Part shown: positions 26,273-35,416 of the stretch, in pieces
Layout of the letters: each line of letters opens with the position of its first letter
How positions within the stretch are numbered: the first letter of the stretch is position 1
Virus record (IMG/VR): IMGVR_UViG_3300017727_001923
Span: 33,406-97,405 of that record
DNA length: 64,000 nucleotides
Strand: one strand, 5' to 3'
DNA from: a virus
Made by a program: the position numbers and the translations under genes
The notes under the pieces: model-generated
Told to the model about the DNA's origin: nothing
Database searches by the model: none
Seen by the model: only the letters and a program-made list of their open reading frames with translations

Positions 26273-27485
26273 TGCAATTTCCTCTGGACGAGGATTTGTA
26301 TATGATAAGGTCGGCAAAAACACCGTCTGTTTAGAAATAAACAAAATAAAGAATTTACTCTGGGATGCGGGTGCAAGAAAAGGTGACATAGTAACTATCG
26401 GTATTATGGTAGTTGATGTGAAACATATCGCTTCTATCTTTGCATGTGCGGAACTAGGATTGAAAGTCTTTATCCTCAATAGTCCAGCAACAAAAGAATC
26501 CCTACCATTTACTAAACTTGCACTCCATGGCCCGAGTGATTTCACTATCTACAGTTCTCAAGAAGATACCACACAAGTCTATAATGGTCTTCACGATGAG
26601 ATGATAAAACTATACGGTGGTATTCGTATTGATGTCATGGAAGATTCGTCTGATAGAAATATCCAAGGTGAGTTAGTATATCCAGAAGACACATTCTTAA
26701 TAAGTTCTACCAGTGGAACAACTAAAGCATCTAGACCAATATTGTTTTCACACCAAGAAACAATGGCAATCGCCAAACGTAATATAGATATATTTTGGTT
26801 TGGACATGATGCAAAGGTTATTCATTCTAGAAATCTACATCATGCATCCGCAATCATGACGCATCTGTTACCCGCACTTATGAATGCATACTCACATAGT
26901 TCTTTTGCACTGGGTCATGATGGGTCGCACGAAGAAGATTATGACTATTTAAAGGGTCTGAAAGATTTATCAGACAGTCCTCCATCAAACATTATGATGC
27001 CTAATAAGAATGTTCTCTTTGATTTTCTAGAGAGTTTTGGGGGTGCATTCAAAAGAACTGTCAATGTCAATATGTGTGGATTCTTAATGGATGCAGATTT
27101 CGTTGACCTTGCAAAAGAATACAATGTTTGTTTTCAGTCACATTACGGTAGTATTGATACCGCTATTCCCTTATTAATAAACCGTGTAGACAAAGATACG
27201 GTACATGTTCCTAATTCATTAGGGGTACTATGCGATGACTTTTATAAGACAACCCTTGAGGATGGTCGTATGAAGGTAGAATGCCCATTCTGGAACGAAC
27301 CAAGATACATGGATGATGAGATAGCTTTGTTTGATGGTGAATATATTTTAATGAGTAATCGTCCAGTATCCCTAAAAGATATGGGTGTACCAGAAGGATT
27401 TGATATAACTCCATTTTCCCATGATACTAAAATCGACTTTGAACAGTTGAGAGGATACTTAGATGTTACTAATAGCAGGGTGTAG
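26250..27485 (+). CDS. ANL/AMP-binding adenylating enzyme (acyl-CoA synthetase-like)
   Basis: SSTSGTTKASRP (A3 P-loop), SHYGSID (A5 YGxTE-like). Confidence 0.7.
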   Translation: MQNILNRDAISSGRGFVYDKVGKNTVCLEINKIKNLLWDAGARKGDIVTIGIMVVDVKHIASIFACAELGLKVFILNSPATKESLPFTKLALHGPSDFTIYSSQEDTTQVYNGLHDEMIKLYGGIRIDVMEDSSDRNIQGELVYPEDTFLISSTSGTTKASRPILFSHQETMAIAKRNIDIFWFGHDAKVIHSRNLHHASAIMTHLLPALMNAYSHSSFALGHDGSHEEDYDYLKGLKDLSDSPPSNIMMPNKNVLFDFLESFGGAFKRTVNVNMCGFLMDADFVDLAKEYNVCFQSHYGSIDTAIPLLINRVDKDTVHVPNSLGVLCDDFYKTTLEDGRMKVECPFWNEPRYMDDEIALFDGEYILMSNRPVSLKDMGVPEGFDITPFSHDTKIDFEQLRGYLDVTNSRV

Positions 27486-28284
27486 TTTTGCATGGGGAGA
27501 TGAGTTGGTTGGTTCAAGAAGCAAACCACCAACACATTATGATTTAGTATTCGGTAGTATTTTATCATTAAAGTTAGGGTTAGAGTACAATAATATATCT
27601 GCATGTGGTAATTCTAACTACAAGATATTCCGTGACGTTATGAATAATATGCATCTAAACCCTAGTCACATCTTTATCTTGTGGTCTGACCCTTTGAGAA
27701 AAGAGAATCTATTAGAAGTAGATAACCATCAAAGAGACCTGTTAAAGGTACATACTACTATGTCTATGACTCAGTGGCACGAGAATCGATGGGATGACTT
27801 GATGCTTTCTATGGAAGAAGGTGTTGCACACAAGTGGGCAAGACATCATCCATTTAATTATATGACCTCGTTTGGAAGAAGTGAAAAAGCAATCGATGCA
27901 TATGGTACAGGATTGTGTACTGGATTTACTCACCTATTACCTCAAATGATTGCAATGCAATATATGTGCGATGGTATGGGGATTAAGATTTCTCAAGGTG
28001 TATTCCATGGAGAAGTTTTCTCTGAAGTGCAAAGATACATGGCAAAGATTGAAAGATTCCCTTCAAGTAATCAACTCAAAAAATGGAACACATGGGTATT
28101 AGATTCACTTGACAAACTAAGACCAGAGAATAAACTGGGAATGAACCCCGACAAGTCATTCGATGAAAACGTCACCATAAAGTCTCTAATGGGGGACAGA
28201 CCCATGAAGAAATGGGGTCATCCCGATGAAACTGCACATGTAGACTATGCAGAATACCTCTATAAAATCATAAAAAATCTATAA
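27463..28284 (+). CDS. SGNH/GDSL-like hydrolase or acyltransferase
   Basis: AGCSFAWG (block I), CGNSN (II), GHPDETAH (V). Confidence 0.65.
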   Translation: MLLIAGCSFAWGDELVGSRSKPPTHYDLVFGSILSLKLGLEYNNISACGNSNYKIFRDVMNNMHLNPSHIFILWSDPLRKENLLEVDNHQRDLLKVHTTMSMTQWHENRWDDLMLSMEEGVAHKWARHHPFNYMTSFGRSEKAIDAYGTGLCTGFTHLLPQMIAMQYMCDGMGIKISQGVFHGEVFSEVQRYMAKIERFPSSNQLKKWNTWVLDSLDKLRPENKLGMNPDKSFDENVTIKSLMGDRPMKKWGHPDETAHVDYAEYLYKIIKNL

Positions 28285-28291
28285 AAAAAGC

Positions 28292-28320
28292 TTGACAAAC
28301 TCTGCTCTTGTTGTTATAAT
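28292..28320 (+). promoter_or_regulatory. sigma70-type early promoter
   Basis: TTGACA-17-TATAAT; shares 16-nt and 18-nt blocks with the 1119 promoter. Confidence 0.85.
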
Positions 28321-28349
28321 AAGTATATAAAATGAGAAAAGGAGAGAAA

Positions 28350-28643
28350 ATGTTAACGTTTAATCAAGAAGTGGGTTATCCTACCAACACCGAGAAAGGT
28401 CAATTCATTGAATACCTGATGTGTTTCTATGGTAAAGACCCTAAATGGGATGCGGTTTATCCCGAAATTGCAATGGGTACTATCGATGCAGTTGAGTGTA
28501 TGGAAGAATTCCTCAACGGTAAGTACGAGAGTGCAGTGGTTAAAGGTGAACATATCTGGGGTGGTGGAGACACTATCGACAGAGAAATAGTTAGGGATAT
28601 TTTCTTAAAAAAGTGTGAAAAAACCCTTGACAAACCTTGTTAA
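28350..28643 (+). CDS. early hypothetical protein
   Basis: AAGGAG SD before ATG28350. Confidence 0.7.
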   Translation: MLTFNQEVGYPTNTEKGQFIEYLMCFYGKDPKWDAVYPEIAMGTIDAVECMEEFLNGKYESAVVKGEHIWGGGDTIDREIVRDIFLKKCEKTLDKPC

Positions 28644-28655
28644 TCTTGTTATAAT
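28627..28655 (+). promoter_or_regulatory. sigma70-type early promoter
   Basis: TTGACA-17-TATAAT. Confidence 0.85.
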
Positions 28656-28686
28656 AATAACATAAACTGAAGAAAGGAGATAAATT

Positions 28687-29106
28687 ATGGCGTTTGTGAG
28701 TCAAGAAGATAAAAAGAAACTTGCGGTTGGAATCAAAGAAGTCTGCAAGAAATATGGATACAAAGTATCTTTGGGTGTTAATCACCACAGTACTTTGGTT
28801 GCAAAGGTCAAAGGTGCAGAAGACATCTTGACTGAATACTGTGAGGTTCAGATGCATCCTCAGAAGGTTTTGGAAAGAGAGAACAGACACTACACGTTTG
28901 ACCCTGTTGAAGTAATGGAAGATTCTAAGAAGTGGGGACATAGAGTCAACGAGTATTGGATTCCCGAAAACTATGGTGAGAAAGGTATTCCTTTCTTGAC
29001 TGAATTAAAAGGTGCAATGGAAGGTGAAGACTTCTTCAATGAAGATGACGCAATGACAGACTACTTCCACAGAAGTCACTATATTGAAATAAGTCTGTAC
29101 TCATAA
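28687..29106 (+). CDS. early hypothetical protein
   Basis: 139 aa, AAGGAG SD; NEDDAMTDYFH C-terminus. Confidence 0.75.
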   Translation: MAFVSQEDKKKLAVGIKEVCKKYGYKVSLGVNHHSTLVAKVKGAEDILTEYCEVQMHPQKVLERENRHYTFDPVEVMEDSKKWGHRVNEYWIPENYGEKGIPFLTELKGAMEGEDFFNEDDAMTDYFHRSHYIEISLYS

Positions 29107-29118
29107 GGAGATATTGTA

Positions 29119-29271
29119 ATGGAAATGTATTTTGAAATTTTAGATGACTTGAGAGAGTCTGGTGAAATCAACATGTTTGCTGCACCAAGGGTGTTACAAG
29201 AAATGTTTGATTTGAGTAAATTTGAGGCAAGGGACATCGTCTCTGCGTGGATGAAACAATTTAATGGTTGA
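29119..29271 (+). CDS. small conserved phage protein (50 aa, not in ORF track)
   Basis: MEMYFEILDDLRESGEINMFAAP...; AAGGAG SD. Confidence 0.7.
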   Translation: MEMYFEILDDLRESGEINMFAAPRVLQEMFDLSKFEARDIVSAWMKQFNG

Positions 29272-29296
29272 CAAACCATGTACTTAATGTTATGAT
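29268..29296 (+). promoter_or_regulatory. sigma70-type early promoter
   Basis: TTGACA-17-TATGAT. Confidence 0.7.
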
Positions 29297-29322
29297 ATAT
29301 AATTAAATAAGGAGTTACTTCA

Positions 29323-29508
29323 ATGTCTATAACTGTTGAAGAAATTGAAAAGAAAGTATCTGCAATCGAATCAATGATTGCGGGTGCGGAAAAGCTACTT
29401 GTGGCATCACAAGAAACTGGAAATGAAGAAGGTGTCGCATCTGCGACATATCTGGTCGTTGAATATGAACAAATGTTGAAAGAATTTTGTAAATATTATA
29501 ACGTTTAG
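29323..29508 (+). CDS. small hypothetical protein
   Basis: 61 aa, AAGGAG SD. Confidence 0.7.
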   Translation: MSITVEEIEKKVSAIESMIAGAEKLLVASQETGNEEGVASATYLVVEYEQMLKEFCKYYNV

Positions 29509-29545
29509 AGAATCTTTTTCGTATATATAATATTAAGAGGAAAAT

Positions 29546-29968
29546 ATGCAGAAAGAAGTATTTGAAATCTTCGAGGATTTCACTAAACTCAAAGCACGGA
29601 AAGATAAAATTACTTTCCTAAGAGAACAAGGGAATGAAGTCCCTGCCATTAAAGACATAGTCCGAGGTGCATTCGACACCCGACTAAAGTTTGTCTTACC
29701 CGTAGGTAAACCACCTTACTCCCCAAACAGACCTGAGTCTGTACCATCATCACTGAGAAAACTGCACAAACAGTTCGGTGACTATGTGGAAGGTGCAAGG
29801 TCATCCGCAATGGGTCAAATCAGACTAGAAACAAGATTCATCCAACTATTAGAAAGTATCCATGCAGAGGATGCTCTAATCGTTCTGGATATGGTGGCAA
29901 AGAAACCACCAGTAAAAGGATTGACAAAGAAAATAGTAGAGGAGGCTTTTCCAAACCTATTGACTTGA
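29546..29968 (+). CDS. conserved T4-like hypothetical protein
   Basis: LP.GKPPY...ETRFIQLLESIH.EDA pattern; GTATATATAATATT at 29521. Confidence 0.7.
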   Translation: MQKEVFEIFEDFTKLKARKDKITFLREQGNEVPAIKDIVRGAFDTRLKFVLPVGKPPYSPNRPESVPSSLRKLHKQFGDYVEGARSSAMGQIRLETRFIQLLESIHAEDALIVLDMVAKKPPVKGLTKKIVEEAFPNLLT

Positions 29969-30020
29969 TATTTTGTTATGTTGTTACGTAAACTCACAAC
30001 AGCAACCGTAAGGAGCAAAT

Positions 30021-30197
30021 ATGCCAAGAAACCAAATAGAACGATTAAAGAGTGACAGTCGAGAACTTGATAACTATATCCACCGTCTCAAGAAAAAAGG
30101 ACGAGACAACCTTGCTCATAAGTTATCGATTAAAAAATCATTCTTAAATCAGACTATTACCGAGTACGAAAATCTGGACACTCAAATTCTAGCATAA
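30021..30197 (+). CDS. small hypothetical protein (58 aa, not in ORF track)
   Basis: AAGGAG SD; MPRNQIERLKSDSRELDNYIHRLKKKG... Confidence 0.7.
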   Translation: MPRNQIERLKSDSRELDNYIHRLKKKGRDNLAHKLSIKKSFLNQTITEYENLDTQILA

Positions 30198-30222
30198 CTA
30201 AGGTAGGTGGTCAAAATCTCGT

Positions 30223-30245
30223 AGGGGGTGCTTAGGCACCCTCTT
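30223..30245 (+). terminator. hairpin, possible terminator
   Basis: AGGGGGTGC-TTAG-GCACCCTCT; short U tail. Confidence 0.55.
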
Positions 30246-30268
30246 CGTCAATTGGAATTATTATTATT

Positions 30269-30607
30269 ATGACAATAACAATGCTGAAATCTAAAATCCA
30301 TGGTGCAAAAGTGACTGAGTGTGATTTGCATTATGAAGGGTCAATCAAAATTGACCGTTTCTGGATGAAAAAAGTCGGAATCCTTCCCAACGAACAAGTA
30401 GATGTTGTTAACCTAAATACAGGTGGACGATGGACTACTTATGCTATCGAAGGAGAAACATGGCAAATTGGTGTCAATGGTGCGGGTGCAAGATTAGCTG
30501 TACCTGAAGATGAACTAATCATCATGGCATACTGTCAAGTTTCTACCCTGAGAGCAAGAACTCTATCCCCCAAAATATTAATAAACAAAGAGATGTATAA
30601 AATCTGA
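30269..30607 (+). CDS. panD: aspartate 1-decarboxylase (pyruvoyl-dependent)
   Basis: MLKSKIH.A.VT..DLHYEGSI.ID (Gly-Ser autocleavage site), N..TG.R.TTYAI, NGAGAR, IIMAY. Confidence 0.93.
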   Translation: MTITMLKSKIHGAKVTECDLHYEGSIKIDRFWMKKVGILPNEQVDVVNLNTGGRWTTYAIEGETWQIGVNGAGARLAVPEDELIIMAYCQVSTLRARTLSPKILINKEMYKI

Positions 30608-30852
30608 TGCCCCTATATACAGTAGTAAATGAAAAAACTGGAGAAACAGAGGACTGTTTTTGTTCTTATGTACGTCTCCAAAAAAGATTAAAAGAACTAG
30701 GTTCTGATTGGAAACAACAGATTGGCGCTCCCGCATTAATAAGTGGTACTGGTAATGTTGTTAACAAAACAAGTAGTGATTGGAAAGACCACTTGAAGAA
30801 TATCGAGAAAGGTGCTGGCGGTAAACGACAAGGGGTAGATTTTAAAAGATGA
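30607..30852 (+). CDS. small FmdB-like phage protein
   Basis: MPLYTVVNEKTGE...QQIGAPALISG..WKDHLK.I. Confidence 0.65.
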   Translation: MPLYTVVNEKTGETEDCFCSYVRLQKRLKELGSDWKQQIGAPALISGTGNVVNKTSSDWKDHLKNIEKGAGGKRQGVDFKR

Positions 30853-31535
30853 CAATGAAGCGTCTCAAGATAGACCATTTGATGACATACGATGCAATAA
30901 CATCCAATCAACAAATTGCATATGAATCTTGGAAAGACGGAGACCATTTAGTTCTCTGCGGTTCTGCGGGTACTGGTAAGACCTTTGTTGGTATGTATCT
31001 TGCACTACAGGATGTCCTTGATAAATCTTATGAACAGGATAAACTTGTTATTGTAAGAAGTGTTGTTCCTACCAGAGAAATGGGTTATTTGCCTGGCAGT
31101 GTTGAAGAAAAGATTGATGCCTATGTTGCACCCTATAAATCAATTGCAACTGAACTCTTCAATGAGAAGATGGCATATGAGAATTTAGAACAACAAGGAA
31201 TTATTGAGTTTGTATCAACATCGTTTATACGTGGTACAACTCTAGATAACTGTGTGGTATTGGTTGATGAGATGCAGAATCTTACCTTCCACGAACTAGA
31301 CAGTATCATTACAAGGGTGGGTAAGAATAGTCGTATTATCTTCTCTGGTGATTATTATCAGTCTGACCTGAAGTCCAGTTCAGATAAAAAGGGTATTCTT
31401 GACTTCATGAATATTATGGAAGTCATGAATAATTTTACAACTATAGAATATGGATGGGCAGACATCGTCCGTTCAGACTTTGTTAGAGACTATATAATGA
31501 CAAAGGAGATGGTTGAAAGAGGAAACATAAAATGA
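30849..31535 (+). CDS. phoH: PhoH-like ATPase
   Basis: GSAGTGKT, IVRSVV, GYLPG, FIRGTT, VDEMQN, TRVG, GDYYQSD. Confidence 0.93.
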   Translation: MTMKRLKIDHLMTYDAITSNQQIAYESWKDGDHLVLCGSAGTGKTFVGMYLALQDVLDKSYEQDKLVIVRSVVPTREMGYLPGSVEEKIDAYVAPYKSIATELFNEKMAYENLEQQGIIEFVSTSFIRGTTLDNCVVLVDEMQNLTFHELDSIITRVGKNSRIIFSGDYYQSDLKSSSDKKGILDFMNIMEVMNNFTTIEYGWADIVRSDFVRDYIMTKEMVERGNIK

Positions 31536-31996
31536 AATTAAGTAAAAATTTTACACTCAATGAGTTTACTAAGTCTATGACTGCAACTCGTTTGGGTATC
31601 GATAACACTCCCCAAGACGAACATCTAGAAGCTGCAAAGGAATTGTTTGAGAACTGTGTACAGAAAGTTCGGGAACACTGGGGTATCACACGTATTAGTT
31701 CGGGATATAGAAGTCCCGCATTAAATAAAGCAATTGGTGGTTCTACTAGGTCACAACACAGTAAAGGTCAAGCAGTTGACTTTGAATGTGATGGAACAGA
31801 CAATCTAGAAGTCGCAAAATGGATTAGAGATAATCTAGACTTTGACCAAGTTATCTCTGAGTTCTATGTAGAAGGTGACCCAACGTCTGGTTGGATTCAT
31901 CTATCTTACGTAAATCCTGAAGAGAATCGTAACAGGTGTTTGACTGCAAAACGTGTAGATGGTAAAGTCCAATATAGTGTTGGATTACCTGAGTGA
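31532..31996 (+). CDS. peptidase M15A (candidate endolysin)
   Basis: SSGYRS..LNKAIGG...SQH.KGQAVD...WIHLS. Confidence 0.85.
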   Translation: MKLSKNFTLNEFTKSMTATRLGIDNTPQDEHLEAAKELFENCVQKVREHWGITRISSGYRSPALNKAIGGSTRSQHSKGQAVDFECDGTDNLEVAKWIRDNLDFDQVISEFYVEGDPTSGWIHLSYVNPEENRNRCLTAKRVDGKVQYSVGLPE

Positions 31997-32823
31997 ATTT
32001 AATATTCCAGTACATGATAACAAACGAGGAGACGGAAAAACGAGCTCCTGTCCCACAATATCCTCAAGGTACTAGGTCTGAATTATATCGTGTAACTGGT
32101 GATTTATCTGCAAAGTCGTTTCAAATCTATGCAGATAAGATTGGATGCAAACACCAATATTCTACTAAACAAGTGTACACCAAACACTTTGAAGGGTCAA
32201 CCGTTCTTTTATTTGAATGTCTAAGAATCATCTTTGACCCTATTTACGACCAATTTGAGAAGATTGCGTTTATTGATACCGACATAATCTGTAATACTGA
32301 AGAGAACATCTTTGACCAATGCGGTGAGTATGAGGTAACAGGTGTCTTAGAATCAGAGATTAAAACATCTAAAGGTGGTGGATATAATACTTGGGATTAC
32401 AATGATAAAACAAAAAACTCCTTGATAACTAAGTATGAACGCAATGGTATCCCTATTGTCCCTACAAAACCCCCACATCGTGCTTCTTGCGTTACAACAT
32501 TCAATACTGGTGTGTTGGTGTGGACTAAACAAGCACGTCTCAAAGCACGTAGGGAGTTTGACCCTTGGTGGAGTTATATGCAAGATGGAGACCAACACGG
32601 AGACCCATTTTGGTTGAATAATGACCAACCTTGGATATCTGGTCAAATAATGAAACACGGGTTAACATGGCAAAGTATCGACCAGAAATGGAATGATACC
32701 CCTACACACTGGGAAGATGACCGTGGATATGACATGAATTTCCTTCATTATACAGGTGGTGGTAATAAGGTTGTCATGTTAGATGACTATAAACAAGGTA
32801 AATTTAAATATTTAAAGCCTTGA
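31993..32823 (+). CDS. GT-A glycosyltransferase (GT8-like)
   Basis: FIDTDII, FNTGVLV, NDQ, WND, FLHYTG. Confidence 0.75.
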   Translation: MNLIFQYMITNEETEKRAPVPQYPQGTRSELYRVTGDLSAKSFQIYADKIGCKHQYSTKQVYTKHFEGSTVLLFECLRIIFDPIYDQFEKIAFIDTDIICNTEENIFDQCGEYEVTGVLESEIKTSKGGGYNTWDYNDKTKNSLITKYERNGIPIVPTKPPHRASCVTTFNTGVLVWTKQARLKARREFDPWWSYMQDGDQHGDPFWLNNDQPWISGQIMKHGLTWQSIDQKWNDTPTHWEDDRGYDMNFLHYTGGGNKVVMLDDYKQGKFKYLKP

Positions 32824-32848
32824 CATTTCACGCATTTCTTGTTATAAT
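32820..32848 (+). promoter_or_regulatory. sigma70 promoter, 6 nt upstream of ATG (leaderless)
   Basis: TTGACA-17-TATAAT-AGTAAC-ATG(32855). Confidence 0.8.
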
Positions 32849-32854
32849 AGTAAC

Positions 32855-33469
32855 ATGAATGAAAAGACTAACAATATAGGAAAAAAAGTGCTAAGTCAGT
32901 ACCATAAGGTAATACTTACAGACGCAGATGGTGTTCTCCTGAATTGGGGATACGCATTTGACGTATGGATGACCGAGAAAGGTTATACCGCAGAAAACAA
33001 ATTAGAATACAATGTCGGTACGATATATGGTATTACTAAAGAAGAATCAAGAAAACTAGTCAGAGAGTTCAACGAATCTGCCCATATGGGTTTTGTGCCT
33101 CCACTAAGAGACGCAATCCAGTATGTCAGAAAGTTGCACGAAGAACACGGATATGTGTTCCACCTGATTACGTCAATGAGTAAAGACGAGAATGCACAGA
33201 AACTAAGAACAATGAATATCAAGAAGTTGTTCGGTGAGACTGCATTCGTCAAGTTCATTTACCTAGATACTGGTGCAGACAAAGACGAAGTTCTAAGTAA
33301 GTACGAAGGTACAGGTTATACTTGGGTTGAAGACAAAGTTGAAAACGCAGTTGCGGGTGACAAGTTTGGTCTAGATTCTATCGTTATGGAACATGGATAT
33401 AACATGAATAACGAAGAGTTCCCCCTCATGAAGGGTTGGAAGGACGTATACGAATACCTAGTTGGGTAA
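32855..33469 (+). CDS. HAD-family 5'-nucleotidase-like protein (T4 30.2-like)
   Basis: LTDADGVLLNW, ITS, DK, WVEDK. Confidence 0.8.
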   Translation: MNEKTNNIGKKVLSQYHKVILTDADGVLLNWGYAFDVWMTEKGYTAENKLEYNVGTIYGITKEESRKLVREFNESAHMGFVPPLRDAIQYVRKLHEEHGYVFHLITSMSKDENAQKLRTMNIKKLFGETAFVKFIYLDTGADKDEVLSKYEGTGYTWVEDKVENAVAGDKFGLDSIVMEHGYNMNNEEFPLMKGWKDVYEYLVG

Positions 33470-33475
33470 ATAACT

Positions 33476-33483
33476 TATATATA
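33476..33483 (+). promoter_or_regulatory. late promoter variant, 5 nt upstream of ATG
   Basis: TATATATA-CCTAC-ATG(33489). Confidence 0.6.
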
Positions 33484-33488
33484 CCTAC

Positions 33489-35015
33489 ATGAGATATGTA
33501 GGTTATTCAGAATTCTACCATGATGCCGCACTTGCCATTGTTGAAAACGATGGTACAGTTGCTTTCGCATCCCAATCAGAAAGATACAGTGGTGTTAAGA
33601 TGGATGGTCTAATCCATCCACCTATGTGGAATATGGTTAATGACGATGACCATGTTACTTTCTATGAAGATATGGAAGAACGTGTTAGAGTCATGGGAGG
33701 TCTAAGAACCTTCGGTGCTAGGGGCAACCTTGCTAACAAAAATACTGTTGCTAACCCAGAAATAACTGAATTAAAACGACCAATCCACTCGATGGCAATA
33801 TATGATGATTTCAATAAACATCATGAAAGTCATGCCGCATTAGGATTCTTTACCCGTCCATGGGAATCAAAAGAAGATACTGTAATTGTATCTGTCGATG
33901 GTTCGGGAGAAGTAGAATCTACCGTAATCTATGACCACAATTTTAAACCCTTAAAAGTAGTTAAATGGCCTCAATCCTTGGGGACTCTCTATGGTATGGG
34001 ATGTACTGCAATAAAACTAAAACCTCTGAGAGATGAATATATTCTTATGGGTCTTTCTGCATATGGTGAATCTAAGGATGAACTATATCAAATCTTAGAA
34101 GATTCCTATTACTGGCATGAAACTAAAAAAGGGAAAGAAGTGTGGGATATAGTTCAGTTCAGAATGGAATGTATTGCAGATAGTGAACTTGCGTATAGAG
34201 ACTTTCAGTTTGAAAAACAATTTAAGAAACTAGCAAGGAGACATAGGGAAGAAGACGTAGCTGCAACAGTTCAGAAGTTCTTTGAGACAGAGATTATAAA
34301 ACTTATGACCGAAGCACGACAATACGGTTCTAAGTTAATCTTTGCTGGCGGTTGCGCTCAAAACGTTGTTGCAAATTCTTTAATTCGTCCTATGTTTGAT
34401 GAGATGCATATTCCAATCGCACCCAATGATGCGGGTAATGCTCTTGGTTGTGCTGCTTATACATGGCATAAAGAGACAGGCGGAACACATCTGAAGTGGT
34501 CTCCATACCTTGGACATAACATAGAACGTGACATAGACCCTAAAGAAGTTGCACAATACCTTGCAGACAATAAGGTGTGTGGAGTTGCAAATGGACGTGC
34601 AGAATACGGGCCTCGTGCATTAGGTAATCGTTCACTACTTGCAGATGTAAGATATGATGTAAAGGATACAGTTAATGATATCAAACAGAGACATAGATTT
34701 AGACCATTCGCACCTGCTATACTATCAGAACATGCGAAAGATTACTTCGAAGGGCCAATGAATCAATACATGCAATTTACATCAATTGCAAAACACGATT
34801 ATTCTTCGGTAACTCATGTAGATGGAACTGCAAGGGTTCAGTTAGTTGAACCTGATTGTGAGTCCGTCCTACGTCAGATACTAGAAGAGTATTACAAATT
34901 AACGGGTGTACCGATGCTACTAAATACATCATTGAACATTCGAAATAAACCTATGGTCAATACCATAGAAGATGCTATAGAATGGGAAAAAAAATATAAA
35001 GTAAAAGTATTTTAG
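33489..35015 (+). CDS. carbamoyltransferase (NodU/CmcH family)
   Basis: HDAALA, ERYS, HHESHAA, VDGSGE, AGGCAQN, NDAG, EYGPRALGNRS, RFRPFAP, LLNTSLN. Confidence 0.93.
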   Translation: MRYVGYSEFYHDAALAIVENDGTVAFASQSERYSGVKMDGLIHPPMWNMVNDDDHVTFYEDMEERVRVMGGLRTFGARGNLANKNTVANPEITELKRPIHSMAIYDDFNKHHESHAALGFFTRPWESKEDTVIVSVDGSGEVESTVIYDHNFKPLKVVKWPQSLGTLYGMGCTAIKLKPLRDEYILMGLSAYGESKDELYQILEDSYYWHETKKGKEVWDIVQFRMECIADSELAYRDFQFEKQFKKLARRHREEDVAATVQKFFETEIIKLMTEARQYGSKLIFAGGCAQNVVANSLIRPMFDEMHIPIAPNDAGNALGCAAYTWHKETGGTHLKWSPYLGHNIERDIDPKEVAQYLADNKVCGVANGRAEYGPRALGNRSLLADVRYDVKDTVNDIKQRHRFRPFAPAILSEHAKDYFEGPMNQYMQFTSIAKHDYSSVTHVDGTARVQLVEPDCESVLRQILEEYYKLTGVPMLLNTSLNIRNKPMVNTIEDAIEWEKKYKVKVF

Positions 35016-35025
35016 GAGAAGTACA

Positions 35026-35415
35026 ATGGCAAAAGAAATCGCAGACACTCCTGTAGGACAAGCAACAGTTGACTTGGAAAAGTATACTGAATTAGTTCTC
35101 AAGGTAGATGAAGCACAAGATAAAATTAAAGAGATGGAAAAACTCTCTAAAGAACTGCAAGTTGTAACAGCGGCAGCAAAACCAGTACCGAAAGGTTTTT
35201 GGTCTTTGTTTAGAGACGAGAACGACATCAACGAAAAATCAATTATTGGATTTGCATCATTTATAATGATGGTCATATTTGGTATTTTTGATTTGATTAC
35301 CGCAATGGACGGTACACCACTAGAGATATCTGATACAATCTATACGTCTTTTGTTGTTGTAACACTAGGTTCGTTTGGTATTGCAGAAGCAGGAAAAGCG
35401 TTCTCAGGTAAATAA
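35026..35415 (+). CDS. membrane protein
   Basis: Coiled-coil N-terminus, two C-terminal hydrophobic helices; AGGAG SD. Confidence 0.7.
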   Translation: MAKEIADTPVGQATVDLEKYTELVLKVDEAQDKIKEMEKLSKELQVVTAAAKPVPKGFWSLFRDENDINEKSIIGFASFIMMVIFGIFDLITAMDGTPLEISDTIYTSFVVVTLGSFGIAEAGKAFSGK

Positions 35416-35416
35416 A

